A stretch of 64,000 nucleotides of DNA, taken from contig JBDRWI010000003.1 in NCBI GenBank assembly GCA_039802265.1, forward strand, positions 2,072-66,071, read 5' to 3'. The notes under the pieces are model-generated. The model searched no databases and was not told the DNA's origin. It saw nothing but the letters and a program-made list of their open reading frames with translations. Positions 27,783-37,993 of the stretch are shown here, piece after piece (the stretch's first letter is position 1; each line of letters begins with the position of its first letter). The stretch is from a candidate division WOR-3 bacterium. GTDB lineage: Bacteria; Hydrothermota; Tepidihabitantia; SM23-42; JAOAFX01. The position numbers were made by a program, and so were the translations under genes.

Positions 27783-27797
27783 GATGGAAGGAATTTT

Positions 27798-29234
27798 ATG
27801 AAAAAAAGAGACATCGTCTTTTGCCTGATTGGAATAGGCATTGCCATAGGCTTTTTGTCTCTGTTTAATCTGTTCCGCACAACAGGGAAGAGTTCCTATT
27901 ATCTACAGGATTTGAGATTGGTAAGCCTCAACGACGAGATCTCAAAACAGAGGATGAATGCCATCGTCCTTGCTGCAAATAAGGTTGGCCCAGCTGTTGT
28001 CTCAATCACGGTTATTCAAACAAGGATTATTACCATCTCTCCATTTGATGACGAATTCTTCCGACGCTTCTTTGGCGATTTCTTTCCTGAACAGCGCTAT
28101 CGTCAGCAGATCAAAAGCCTTGGTTCGGGTGTCATTATCTCCCCGGATGGTTTTATTATCACCAATGAACATGTAGTCTCAAATGCTACAGAAATAAATG
28201 TAACACTGCCTGATGCCCGACAGTTTAAGGCGCAAATCATCGCTGCCGATAGAACAATGGACCTGGCACTTTTGAAGGTTGATGGCCATAATTTACCATA
28301 TGCAGAACTGGGTAGTTCTGAAGACCTTTTAATTGGAGAATGGGTGATTGCCTTGGGTAATCCCTTTGGATTTATGCTTGAGGACACCCGGCCAACTGTA
28401 ACGGTTGGTGTTATTTCGGCACTCAATCGGGCAATAAAGTCAGCCCATGAGGATAGGATTTATAAGGATATGATTCAAACCGATGCCGCAATAAATCCCG
28501 GTAATTCGGGTGGCCCCCTGGTAAATATTCTTGGGCAGGTAATCGGTATAAATACCTTTATCCTTACCTCAAGTGGTGGCTCTGAGGGTGTTGGCTTTGC
28601 CCGGCCGATAAATGTTGTAAAGAAATTCATAAATGAAACCAAACAATTTGGCAAGATAAGGACACCCTGGCTCGGGATCTGGGTTCAGGATATTACCCCG
28701 GAAATCGCTGAGGCAATGGGGATTGAACAACGGGGTGTGCTGGTCAGCAGCGTTGATTTAAATAGCCCGGCACAAAAATCAGGAATCAAAGAAGGGGACA
28801 GAATAGTTGTAGTAAATAATGAGGTGGTAGGTAGTGTTTCAACATGGGAGAGGGTAATTGCCAGCCTCTTTGTGGGTGATACAGTGAGCATAAGTCTTTA
28901 CCGTGATGGTGATTCATTATTTATTCAATCTGTAATAGAAGAATATCGCGAAGCCGGTGCCACCGGTTCAAGGTTGGGGATTTATGTAGAAGACATAAAT
29001 CTTTATCTTGCTAAGAAATATGGGCTGGGTTATAAACAAGGGGTTGTCGTTACGAGGGTAGAAAAAGGCAGCATCGGCGAGAAAATCGGCTTTGCGCCGG
29101 GTGATGTAATATTAAAAATCGGTGAGGCAAGGATAAAAAATAAAGAGGATTTCAAAAAGGCGATTGCCGATTTTAAGAATAAATATTTTATAATTGACCG
29201 GGGAGGATTAATCTTCCAAATATACCTTCAGTGA
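27798..29234 (+). CDS. degP: HtrA/DegP serine protease with two PDZ domains
   Basis: LGSGVI, TNEHVV, DLALL and QTDAAINPGNSGGPL. Confidence 0.93.
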   Translation: MKKRDIVFCLIGIGIAIGFLSLFNLFRTTGKSSYYLQDLRLVSLNDEISKQRMNAIVLAANKVGPAVVSITVIQTRIITISPFDDEFFRRFFGDFFPEQRYRQQIKSLGSGVIISPDGFIITNEHVVSNATEINVTLPDARQFKAQIIAADRTMDLALLKVDGHNLPYAELGSSEDLLIGEWVIALGNPFGFMLEDTRPTVTVGVISALNRAIKSAHEDRIYKDMIQTDAAINPGNSGGPLVNILGQVIGINTFILTSSGGSEGVGFARPINVVKKFINETKQFGKIRTPWLGIWVQDITPEIAEAMGIEQRGVLVSSVDLNSPAQKSGIKEGDRIVVVNNEVVGSVSTWERVIASLFVGDTVSISLYRDGDSLFIQSVIEEYREAGATGSRLGIYVEDINLYLAKKYGLGYKQGVVVTRVEKGSIGEKIGFAPGDVILKIGEARIKNKEDFKKAIADFKNKYFIIDRGGLIFQIYLQ

Positions 29235-30535
29235 GCCCCTTCTTTTTTAATCACCGTCAAGATTGTCTTTAAGAATATCTTCAAGTCCAGTTTTAAAGAG
29301 ATATTATTTATGTATTCAAGGTCGTAAACGAGTTTTTTCTTTACATCCTCAATGGTTTGGTCATAGGAATATTTTACCTGTGCCAGTCCAGTTATTCCGG
29401 GCAGAACCGTGTGGCGCAGTCGGTAAAAAGGAATTGTGTCTATGAATTGAGAAACAAAATGTGGCCTTTCCGGTCGCGGTCCAACAAAACTCATATCTCC
29501 GACAAGGACATTGAATAACTGGGGTAACTCATCAAGTCGGAAAGGTCTCATAATCTTTCCCATCCTTGTGATCCTCCAGTCGTTCTTCTTTGCCCACACC
29601 GGACCAGTATACTTCTCAGCATCGGCAATCATTGAACGGAATTTGTATAATAAAAATTGTTTACCCCTTAAACCAATTCTCTTCTGTTTATAAAAGACCG
29701 GGCCATCAGAATCAATCTTTATTAACAGTGCAATAAAGAGCATAATCGGAGATAAGACCAGCAAGACAATCGTTGACAAAAAGATATCGGTAAATCTTTT
29801 TAAGAATCTATCCCAACCAGAAAGCGGGTGGAATATCACCTGAAGGAGTGCTGAATCTGGAACTTTGTTAACAAGAAAATGCTGGTAAATCAAGGGGTAT
29901 AATTTCGGGGTAATAAAGATCTTGTGTTTTATTTCAGCAAACTGGGAGATTAATTTCAAGACCTCATCAGGTTTTTTACCGTTGCTTTCTATTAAAATTC
30001 CATCAATTCTATTTTCCTTAAAAATCTGCTCGGCAAGTTGTGGAGTTATCTTGTTGAATTTGATTTCTTTAAGCACCGTAAAATTGGAGTAATTAGTTAT
30101 TGTGTCTCCATTTTTAAAGATTAAGACCTTTTGTGGCCGGTTCTTAAAATATTCACCCTCAATCCCCCACCAGATAAATCGCCACAATGGAATTAAACTG
30201 AGCAGAAGACAGTATGAGGGAACAAACCCCTGTGCCTTTATGAAATTTATGTTCATAATATAGCCACCGGATATTAAGAGCAGTAAACCCAGTATAAGCG
30301 TCTTGATCAGTCGTGCCATCCCATTCATTAGCTGAAAACTAAAACGATTCTGATAGAGGTCAGATGACTGAAATAGGAATAACCAATATATCACCAGGCA
30401 AATCGCAGCCAATAACGCATTAATACTCGTCACTGGGTTATTAATGAGGGAAGCCTTCCAACTTATAAAGAATATTAAAGAGAATAAAAAGGCATCTCCA
30501 CAAATAGTAATTAGGACTTCAAGTTTCCTTGGCAT
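29228..30535 (-). CDS. Polyprenyl-phosphate glycosylphosphotransferase (WcaJ/WbaP-like sugar transferase)
   Basis: KRFTD, KFRSM, LDELPQLFNV, SFVGPRPE and PGITGLAQV. Confidence 0.92.
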   Translation of the reverse strand: MPRKLEVLITICGDAFLFSLIFFISWKASLINNPVTSINALLAAICLVIYWLFLFQSSDLYQNRFSFQLMNGMARLIKTLILGLLLLISGGYIMNINFIKAQGFVPSYCLLLSLIPLWRFIWWGIEGEYFKNRPQKVLIFKNGDTITNYSNFTVLKEIKFNKITPQLAEQIFKENRIDGILIESNGKKPDEVLKLISQFAEIKHKIFITPKLYPLIYQHFLVNKVPDSALLQVIFHPLSGWDRFLKRFTDIFLSTIVLLVLSPIMLFIALLIKIDSDGPVFYKQKRIGLRGKQFLLYKFRSMIADAEKYTGPVWAKKNDWRITRMGKIMRPFRLDELPQLFNVLVGDMSFVGPRPERPHFVSQFIDTIPFYRLRHTVLPGITGLAQVKYSYDQTIEDVKKKLVYDLEYINNISLKLDLKIFLKTILTVIKKEGAH

Positions 30536-30615
30536 CCAACATATTAATTATCGCCCTTTACCTCCCCAAACATAGTCTATTATATCTAAAATTTATGAAT
30601 TGTCAAGGGTTAAAT

Positions 30616-32226
30616 TTATCTAATCAAAAAGATTTCCACCCGCCGGCTCTTTTCCGGACTTTCTTTTATCAGTTTTGTCTTTGAAAAAGCCATGGTGGAT
30701 ATGCGCTCTTTTTCAATACCATGCACCTTAACAAGATAATCCATGGCACTGTTTGCCCTTGCCAGAGAGAGTATTTGATTATAATTTATATTACCCCGAC
30801 TATCGGTGTGCCCCCGCAGTTCGCACCTGACCCCGGGATGATTCTTTAAGAACTCCGCAATTCTATCCAGTTCCGGCTTCTGGTCTTCTCTAATATTCGC
30901 ATCGTCAAAATCGAAGTAGATAATTGCCTCCGGCGTCTCTTTAATTTCTTCAGCAACTTCTATTGGTTTCAATAAAATTGCCTCTTTGCGGTCTTCGGTA
31001 ATCAGAACCTTTGTCTTAAATTGGGTATAATTCAGTTTATTGGCACTAATTTCATAATCCCCAGGGATGAGGGTGGTGGTAAATAATCCTGTGGAATCAG
31101 AAATCAACATAGTATTGACTGGACCAGTGATATTGATTGATACATCGGAAAGGGGTTGCTCGGTTTTCAAATCCCGCACCACTCCTTCAAGCGAAACCTG
31201 TGACCGAGTAAGATTAAAATTGGCAATCAGGGATTGATTTGCCTCAAGGGCCAAAACCCTTGTCTCAGTGGTATAATAAGGACAATCAACTTTCAGGGTA
31301 TAAATACCGGCCGGCAGTCCAATGAGCTTATATACTCCATAATCCGGACTGCATTCCACCACCTCATTGATTTCTATTACCGTAATTTTCGCCTTTAGTG
31401 GTTTATTGGTGTTTTTATCTCTCACCTCTCCGGCGATATTGCCGGTGGGCACAATCTCCCTTTCGCGTAATAAAGAGGAATTGATTGATAGACCGGCATT
31501 TGCACCAATTAACCACATCTCTTCAGATAGTCCAAAATCCACGGCGACAGTCAGACAGAAGCGATGCCAGGGATGAAATTTTAATCCTGGTGAAAGGCGC
31601 CAGTTCCAGTCGCGCTGATGATTTCTTGTCAATTCCATAAAATGGGTGAAGAACTTTGAGGGCAATTCCCAGGCAAAACCGAATGTTATTGGAAAGTGTT
31701 CTGATAGGTCAGCCCTTCCCAGGGGGGTGCCTAAATTGAGATGGCTCCTTAAAGGTAGCATCGACCAGATATCAGCGAGGTCAAAGGTCATAAGGAACTT
31801 GGGATAGAATATCAATCTCTCATTAGAATAAATCTGGCGGCCTGTGGGCAGGGTTAAGGTGGCATCGGTTCCGAAATAGGAATTTCTAATCTTCTTCAGA
31901 ATTAATTTTAAACCCAGGTCAGTATCCCCCAAGTCACCGCTAAAATCTGATGTGTTAATGGGTAATCGGGCATTGCCATAACCCTGGGCTCGCCAGAGGG
32001 TATACACCTCAAGATAATTCGTTGGAACATATCCAATGCCGACACGCCCCTCACCAAAATCAATTGTTGAATCTCTATAATCATAACGATAACCTTCGGC
32101 ATCGGTGTTTAAGATCAAAATCGAACGCGCACCTAAAAGCCAGTCAAGGTCAGCACTCTTTACCCGGTAGATTCCTTTCCCCCCGTAGGTAGATGGGAAG
32201 GATATGATTAAGAGTAAAAATAACAT
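30616..32226 (-). CDS. OmpA-family outer membrane protein with carboxypeptidase-regulatory-like Ig domains
   Basis: N-terminal beta-barrel-like region; C-terminal IYFDFD, GHTDSRG, NQILSLARA and RRVEI. Confidence 0.85.
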   Translation of the reverse strand: MLFLLLIISFPSTYGGKGIYRVKSADLDWLLGARSILILNTDAEGYRYDYRDSTIDFGEGRVGIGYVPTNYLEVYTLWRAQGYGNARLPINTSDFSGDLGDTDLGLKLILKKIRNSYFGTDATLTLPTGRQIYSNERLIFYPKFLMTFDLADIWSMLPLRSHLNLGTPLGRADLSEHFPITFGFAWELPSKFFTHFMELTRNHQRDWNWRLSPGLKFHPWHRFCLTVAVDFGLSEEMWLIGANAGLSINSSLLREREIVPTGNIAGEVRDKNTNKPLKAKITVIEINEVVECSPDYGVYKLIGLPAGIYTLKVDCPYYTTETRVLALEANQSLIANFNLTRSQVSLEGVVRDLKTEQPLSDVSINITGPVNTMLISDSTGLFTTTLIPGDYEISANKLNYTQFKTKVLITEDRKEAILLKPIEVAEEIKETPEAIIYFDFDDANIREDQKPELDRIAEFLKNHPGVRCELRGHTDSRGNINYNQILSLARANSAMDYLVKVHGIEKERISTMAFSKTKLIKESPEKSRRVEIFLIR

Positions 32227-32243
32227 CTTAACCTCCCTTCAAG

Positions 32244-33023
32244 TCAATGGTTTTTTAATTTTCTTATTAAGACCTCGGCAACCTTCTTTCCGGAAAGAAG
32301 CATGCCGCCAAATATGGGTCCCATCCTTGGACCCCCGAATACTGCATTGGCTGCCATACCGCAGACATATAGATTTTTGTAAACCTCACGGGTATTTTTT
32401 AAAGTTGACTTTTCAGCGACTTCTGCCCACATTGATTTTTCACCTTCAATCCTGCCCGTAGAGGTAAATAATTTACCTCCGCTTTTTCTTTCTACAATTC
32501 TTGTAATCTCACAAGGATGACCCGTGGCATCCACCACAAAGGATGATTTGATTGCAATAGGGTCAACATGCAGATGCGCCATCTGGGTGCTGGTCCAATT
32601 GACAACAACGCCACAGACGGCATTCTTTTTCATAATTACATCCTCAATTGTAAAGAGATTAAAGATTTTTAGTCCGGCCTTTATCGAACGGTCAACAAGA
32701 CAGGCAGTTGTCTCAAGGGAATCGGCAATATAATAGCCATTTTTATACCTTTCATACCTTACCCCAAATTCCTTCAGGATTTCAAGTCCTTCCTTCTGGA
32801 CAACAATTCGGTTAAACATAATTCCACCACCGGGCATACCTCCACCGGGCTTCAGGGCGCTTTCAAAGAGGACGGTCCTGATTCCCGCCTTGGCCAGATA
32901 GTACCCGGCACATAATCCGGAAGGACCGCCACCGCCGATTACCACTTCTGATTCTACTGCCTCAATGAGACCCTTGAGATAGGACTCAATGATTGCTCTG
33001 GAAATTACTGTCTCTTCGAGCAT
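32244..33023 (-). CDS. thi4: Thi4-type (sulfide-dependent) thiazole synthase
   Basis: [27 protein letters not shown] and [13 protein letters not shown]. Confidence 0.93.
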   Translation of the reverse strand: MLEETVISRAIIESYLKGLIEAVESEVVIGGGGPSGLCAGYYLAKAGIRTVLFESALKPGGGMPGGGIMFNRIVVQKEGLEILKEFGVRYERYKNGYYIADSLETTACLVDRSIKAGLKIFNLFTIEDVIMKKNAVCGVVVNWTSTQMAHLHVDPIAIKSSFVVDATGHPCEITRIVERKSGGKLFTSTGRIEGEKSMWAEVAEKSTLKNTREVYKNLYVCGMAANAVFGGPRMGPIFGGMLLSGKKVAEVLIRKLKNH

Positions 33024-33025
33024 CC

Positions 33026-33550
33026 TTAGAAGATTCCAAAACGGCCGCCAAATGAAAAACGGAATACCGCCTCGGTATTTCCCGCATCATAGACGACAAT
33101 CCCTGGTTCAACAAAAATTTTGGTCCCAGGATTTACTGGATAATTCAATCCCATACCGAACCGGAAGGATAGAGAGTTCGTGTTTCCTGACGGACCCGGG
33201 TTATCAAAGATTTCAAATCCCAGTCCACCGTGAATATAAGGTTCAAGGTCTGACATTGGAATGTAGAATAGGCCATCAAGGGACATACCGCTGAATCCCC
33301 AACCTCCGGAATTGAGATAAAAGTGCGTTCCATTGCCAAAGACAACCTCAGTGATATTCAATCTGATACCCACCTGATGCAATGGGTTTATGATACATTC
33401 CGCACCAATACCAAAATGGGCATCTTCGCCAATGTACAAACTTCCCTTTGGTCCAATTTCAAATACTGACCTTTTCTGCCCCTTTACGGTTTTTCCATCA
33501 ACTGCAAAGATAAAAGTGGATATAGCAAGGATGGTTATCAATCTTCTCAT
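33026..33550 (-). CDS. Small outer membrane beta-barrel protein
   Basis: Signal peptide, alternating beta strands, PYIHGGLG and C-terminal Phe. Confidence 0.75.
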   Translation of the reverse strand: MRRLITILAISTFIFAVDGKTVKGQKRSVFEIGPKGSLYIGEDAHFGIGAECIINPLHQVGIRLNITEVVFGNGTHFYLNSGGWGFSGMSLDGLFYIPMSDLEPYIHGGLGFEIFDNPGPSGNTNSLSFRFGMGLNYPVNPGTKIFVEPGIVVYDAGNTEAVFRFSFGGRFGIF

Positions 33551-33627
33551 TCTTTTCTCCTGTAAGGAATTATATACAGATTTAAAGAAAAAGCAAGAGA
33601 GAGGTAATTGTGCGCCACAGAATCTCC

Positions 33628-33655
33628 TTGACTTACTTTAATTTCTGATTATAAT
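33628..33655 (+). promoter_or_regulatory. Sigma70-type promoter of pyrR-pyrB-pyrC
   Basis: TTGACT 33628-33633, 16 nt, TATAAT 33650-33655. Confidence 0.75.
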
Positions 33656-33661
33656 AAGATG

Positions 33662-34285
33662 ATGAAGGTAATTCTGGAGGAAGGTGATATAAAAAGGATA
33701 TTAACACGAATTGCCCATGAGATTGTTGAACGAAACAAGGGAACAAAGGACCTGACTCTTGTTGGCATAAAAAGGCGCGGCGATCTCCTCGCCCAAAGAA
33801 TTGCCCAGCGCATAAAAGAATCCGAGGGAAAAGTAGTGCCAATCGGAGCCCTTGATATTACCCTTTATCGTGATGACCTTCAACTCGTTGCCGAGGCACC
33901 AATCATTGAGGGAACCGATATACCTTTTGATGTTAACAATAAAATAATTGTTCTGGTTGATGATGTCTTATATACGGGCAGAACAATAAGGGCGGCGATT
34001 GAAGAGATTCTTGACTTTGGACGACCCAGGATGATCCAACTCGCTGTCTTGATTGACCGCGGACATCGGGAATTACCCATTCAGGCTGATTATACTGGAA
34101 AGAAGATTACTACTGCACCCAATGAAATTGTTGATGTTTACATTAAAGAACTGGATGGAAAAGATCTGGTTTTTATCCACCGGCTTTTTAAAAAGAAGAA
34201 AATAAAGGTAAAAAAGGGGCGGATAAAACTTTCCACCCCACACCGGACAAAGGTTGAGCAACTGACAATAAGTGCTGAACGATGA
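33662..34285 (+). CDS. pyrR: Bifunctional pyr regulator / uracil phosphoribosyltransferase
   Basis: LTRIAHEI, LDITLYRDD, VDDVLYTGRT and DRGHRELPI. Confidence 0.95.
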   Translation: MKVILEEGDIKRILTRIAHEIVERNKGTKDLTLVGIKRRGDLLAQRIAQRIKESEGKVVPIGALDITLYRDDLQLVAEAPIIEGTDIPFDVNNKIIVLVDDVLYTGRTIRAAIEEILDFGRPRMIQLAVLIDRGHRELPIQADYTGKKITTAPNEIVDVYIKELDGKDLVFIHRLFKKKKIKVKKGRIKLSTPHRTKVEQLTISAER

Positions 34286-35205
34286 CGCCAAAGAAAGACC
34301 TTATAGGGATTGAAGGGCTAACGAGTCAGGAGATAATAAACTATCTTGATACCGCCGAGAAATTTGTGGAAGTTATATCTCGACCCATTCCAATTATCCC
34401 GGCATTGAGGGGAAAGACAATACTCACTCTCTTCTTTGAACCATCAACCCGGACCCAGATTTCATTCGGTATTGCAGCCAAGCGTTTATCGGCCGATGTC
34501 GTCAGCTTTTCTACTGCAACATCAAGTGTGAAGAAGGGAGAGACACTCCTTGATACCGCCAGAAATATTGAGGCGATGAAGGTTGATGGTGTTGTTGTCC
34601 GGCACTGGGCCTCCGGGGCAGCAAGATTCCTTGCTGAACATCTGGACGCCTTTGTAATCAATGCCGGTGATGGAAGTCATGAACATCCAACCCAGGCTCT
34701 ACTTGATATTATGACCATCCGTCAGCATTTTGGTAATGTCAAGGGACTCAATGTCTTGCTCGTTGGAGATATTACCCATTCCCGGGTAGCCCGCTCGAAT
34801 ATCTTCGGTTTGAAAACGCTGGGGGCAAATGTGGCGGTGTGTGCACCACCCACCTTGCTTCCCCTTGATATAGAAAAACTGGATGTTAAGGTGTATTACA
34901 ATCTTGATGAAATAATTGGTGAATTTGATGTGGTGATGGCATTGCGCATACAATTGGAAAGGCAGGAAGCCGGTTTATTCCCTTCAATCCGTGAATACCG
35001 AAATTTATATGGGCTCACCAAAGAAAGAATGGCAAAACTTAACCCCAGGTGTATAATTATGCATCCTGGCCCAACCAATAGGGGTGTGGAGATTGACCCC
35101 GAGGTTGCCGATAGTGAAAGGTCGGTAATTTTAAAACAGGTAAAAAATGGTGTGGCAATGAGAATGGCAATTCTATTCATCCATGCCGGAGGTAAAATTG
35201 AGTAA
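34282..35205 (+). CDS. pyrB: Aspartate carbamoyltransferase catalytic subunit
   Basis: FFEPSTRT, HPTQ and MHPGP. Confidence 0.97.
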   Translation: MTPKKDLIGIEGLTSQEIINYLDTAEKFVEVISRPIPIIPALRGKTILTLFFEPSTRTQISFGIAAKRLSADVVSFSTATSSVKKGETLLDTARNIEAMKVDGVVVRHWASGAARFLAEHLDAFVINAGDGSHEHPTQALLDIMTIRQHFGNVKGLNVLLVGDITHSRVARSNIFGLKTLGANVAVCAPPTLLPLDIEKLDVKVYYNLDEIIGEFDVVMALRIQLERQEAGLFPSIREYRNLYGLTKERMAKLNPRCIIMHPGPTNRGVEIDPEVADSERSVILKQVKNGVAMRMAILFIHAGGKIE

Positions 35206-36478
35206 AATTCTGATAAAAAACGGTCGACTCGTGGACCCCAAGACAAAAACCGACCGGGTAACCGATATTTTAATAGTTGATGATAAGATAGATAGAATTG
35301 AAAAAGGTATAAGGGTAGAAGGGGCAAAGGTAATCGATGCCGAAGGTATGATTGTAGCGCCCGGACTCATTGACCTCCACTGTCATCTCCGCGACCCTGG
35401 AAGACCTGATGAAGAGACGATTGAAACCGGTTCAAGGGCGGCAATTGCCGGTGGATTTACTACCATCTGCTGTATGCCCAACACTGACCCACCAATTGAT
35501 AACGAGGGAATTGTTCAGTATATCTACAAAGAGGCAGAAAGGGTGAATCTCTGCCGGGTCTTTCCCATCGGGGCGATTACCAAAAAGCGCGAAGGCAAGG
35601 AAATTACCGAATTCGGTGAGTTAATTAAATCCGGGGTAAAAGGCTTTTCGGATGATGGAAATACGGTAAGTAATCCAAGAGTCTTGAGAAATGCTCTGGA
35701 ATATTCCAAAATTTTTGATACTACAATCTTTGAGCATGCACTTGATGAAAACTTAAGTAAGGATGGATTGGCAAATGAAGGTATTACCGCAACCCGTCTC
35801 GGTCTAACCGGCTCACCGAGCATTGCCGAAGAGATAATTGTTGCCCGGGATTTGAGCCTTGCTCGCTTTACAAAGGCGCGGATTCATTTCTGTCATATTT
35901 CAACCAGGGGCGCTGTGGAATTAATAAGAAGGGCAAAAAGGGAAGGGATAAATGTGACCTGTGAGACCTGCCCCCATTATTTTGCCTTTAATGATACAGT
36001 TCTTGAAAATTATGACACGAATTTCAAGGTCAATCCACCAATAAGAGATGAGGAAGACCGAAGGGCAATAATTGAGGGCTTACGCGATGGGACAATTGAT
36101 TGCATAACAACCGACCATGCGCCCCACTCTCAGGCAGAAAAGGAATTAGAATTTGCGGCCGCGCCCTTTGGAATGACTGGACTACAGACTGCCCTTTCCC
36201 TAACGATTATGCATTTGATAAACATTGAAAGATTTTCCTGGTTGTCTGTGCTGGAAAAATTTACGACTAATCCGGTCAGCATTATCAAAGAGAATCTCGG
36301 GACGGTTAAACCCGGTGCCATTGCCGATTTAGTAGTAATAAATCCTAATGTAACCTGGCGGCTCACTGAGAAAGATATAAAGTCAAAATCTCTGAATACA
36401 CCGCTTTTAAACAAACAACTTATTGGAAGGGCTGAATATACAATCGTGGGCGGGGTAATAAAGTATCAAATAACATAG
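35198..36478 (+). CDS. pyrC: Dihydroorotase
   Basis: DLHCHLRDPG, MPNT, KVNPP and TDHAPH; TTG 35198 follows GGAGG. Confidence 0.95.
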   Translation: MSKILIKNGRLVDPKTKTDRVTDILIVDDKIDRIEKGIRVEGAKVIDAEGMIVAPGLIDLHCHLRDPGRPDEETIETGSRAAIAGGFTTICCMPNTDPPIDNEGIVQYIYKEAERVNLCRVFPIGAITKKREGKEITEFGELIKSGVKGFSDDGNTVSNPRVLRNALEYSKIFDTTIFEHALDENLSKDGLANEGITATRLGLTGSPSIAEEIIVARDLSLARFTKARIHFCHISTRGAVELIRRAKREGINVTCETCPHYFAFNDTVLENYDTNFKVNPPIRDEEDRRAIIEGLRDGTIDCITTDHAPHSQAEKELEFAAAPFGMTGLQTALSLTIMHLINIERFSWLSVLEKFTTNPVSIIKENLGTVKPGAIADLVVINPNVTWRLTEKDIKSKSLNTPLLNKQLIGRAEYTIVGGVIKYQIT

Positions 36479-36486
36479 CAAAACTT

Positions 36487-37023
36487 ATGGAACAAAAGGA
36501 CATTGAACTACCCGATTGGTTGGGAAGTGGTCAGGACCTTTTTGACACAATTCAAATCCTGAAAGGAAAGAAAATTGAGCAGGGTTTTATGGAAATAGAC
36601 TATAATTTTAAGTTCAGTGAAAAATTCTCCTATCCGGTAGTATTTGAGTTAAAGACTTTGGAAGGCGATGTTGTTATTGACCGCATTGCCTTTCGGGTTT
36701 CGGGTGAAAAAGATGACAAGCAGAGAAAGATTGAGGAGACAATTATCATCCCCGGTGTGATAAGAACCCTTACCCGCGAAGATTTTATAAAATTTTTTGC
36801 TGAGGTTATTAAAAAAGATATTGACTTTGCCCTTTATCTTAATGAATCTCCTAAAAAATTTAGCGGATTAAAATTCCGTGAACTGAAGGAAGGTCAGAAG
36901 ATAGTTTTAAATGAGCAGTTAATAATAGAAATAATGGCGCAATTGGAGCCGACTGGTTCTACCTCTGTTCTGGGTTCTGATAATGCTGGGGCACTCTTTT
37001 TTAATCCGGGATTGATTAAATAA
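36487..37023 (+). CDS. Hypothetical protein
   Basis: 178 aa open frame starting 8 nt after pyrC; no family recognised. Confidence 0.6.
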   Translation: MEQKDIELPDWLGSGQDLFDTIQILKGKKIEQGFMEIDYNFKFSEKFSYPVVFELKTLEGDVVIDRIAFRVSGEKDDKQRKIEETIIIPGVIRTLTREDFIKFFAEVIKKDIDFALYLNESPKKFSGLKFRELKEGQKIVLNEQLIIEIMAQLEPTGSTSVLGSDNAGALFFNPGLIK

Positions 37024-37087
37024 CTGCTTCAAATCACAGCCTAAACCAGGTATAGTTGGTGTTTTTTAAAGACTGCAGAAAACTTTA

Positions 37088-37858
37088 TTATTTTTTACCC
37101 TTGCGGGCGATTACACCGATTGCCAAGGTGGTATAAAGAAAGAGCCTTTTCCTCCTCAGCCTGTCCTGCAAAAGATAGAATTTTTTCGTGATGCAACCAA
37201 GATATTCAGGATACATCGGTAGATTGACATTTAATCGTCCGAGAATCTGACGCAGGATTTTATAGAATATCCCGGGCCTTGACCAATCACCATAAAAATG
37301 TATCGGCTCAAAGTTTTGCCCCCTCAACAGTCTTTTTAGGGAATTTATGGTAAATTGCCTTTCCCATCCCCCGAACCATTCTCCGATAAACATTAAAATC
37401 TGTTTTAGAATTGTGTAGATATGGAATGTCTGGGGAACATCCACCAAGAGAATTCCGTTATCTTTCAATATCCGCTTATTCTCTTTCAGTAACGGGGTGG
37501 GTGACGGAAAATGTTCAAGCAGACCTTGATGGAATACGACATCAAAGGTTTTTTCTTTAAAGGGTGTCTGTAATGCATCAGCCATTATCAAACTTACTTT
37601 ATGCTTCAACTTTTGATTTTTCTTCAAATAATCATTGATCAGCATCAGGCTTTCCCAGGAGTAATCAAGAAGATATACATCGGCACCTTCCTGACTCAAC
37701 CTGATTCCGTCCCGGCCGGTACCAGCACCGGTTTCCAGAATCCTTTTATTAGAAATCTCTGTTATCCCTTTCAGTTCTACAACAATGTCAGTTACAGGTG
37801 GATAGATTTCTTCTAACCTGCGTCCAGCCCAAAATTTGTCCCATAGCGCTTTTTTCAT
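37088..37858 (-). CDS. Class I SAM-dependent methyltransferase
   Basis: ILETGAGTGRD, PFKEKTFDVV and GLLEH. Start placed at ATG 37858, 7 nt after the -10 box. Confidence 0.88.
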   Translation of the reverse strand: MKKALWDKFWAGRRLEEIYPPVTDIVVELKGITEISNKRILETGAGTGRDGIRLSQEGADVYLLDYSWESLMLINDYLKKNQKLKHKVSLIMADALQTPFKEKTFDVVFHQGLLEHFPSPTPLLKENKRILKDNGILLVDVPQTFHIYTILKQILMFIGEWFGGWERQFTINSLKRLLRGQNFEPIHFYGDWSRPGIFYKILRQILGRLNVNLPMYPEYLGCITKKFYLLQDRLRRKRLFLYTTLAIGVIARKGKK

Positions 37859-37865
37859 CAAATTC

Positions 37866-37924
37866 ATTATATCCCTCTCAGCCCATTGGTCAATACTTGA
37901 CAATTGGTGGTTTTTGATTATAAT
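37866..37924. promoter_or_regulatory. Back-to-back sigma70-type promoters
   Basis: Plus: TTGACA 37897-37902, 16 nt, TATAAT 37919-37924. Minus: TTGACC 37893-37888, 16 nt, TATAAT 37871-37866. Confidence 0.72.
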
Positions 37925-37993
37925 GAACCCACCGTCAGGATTCGGAATAATAATATCGCGCGGACGGTGATAAATTTTTATCAGGAGGTTTTA

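Noticed and set aside
30544-30573. Nine-codon uORF (MFGEVKGDN) right after the sugar transferase promoter
   Set aside because: Too short to separate from chance in AT-rich DNA, with no supporting evidence.
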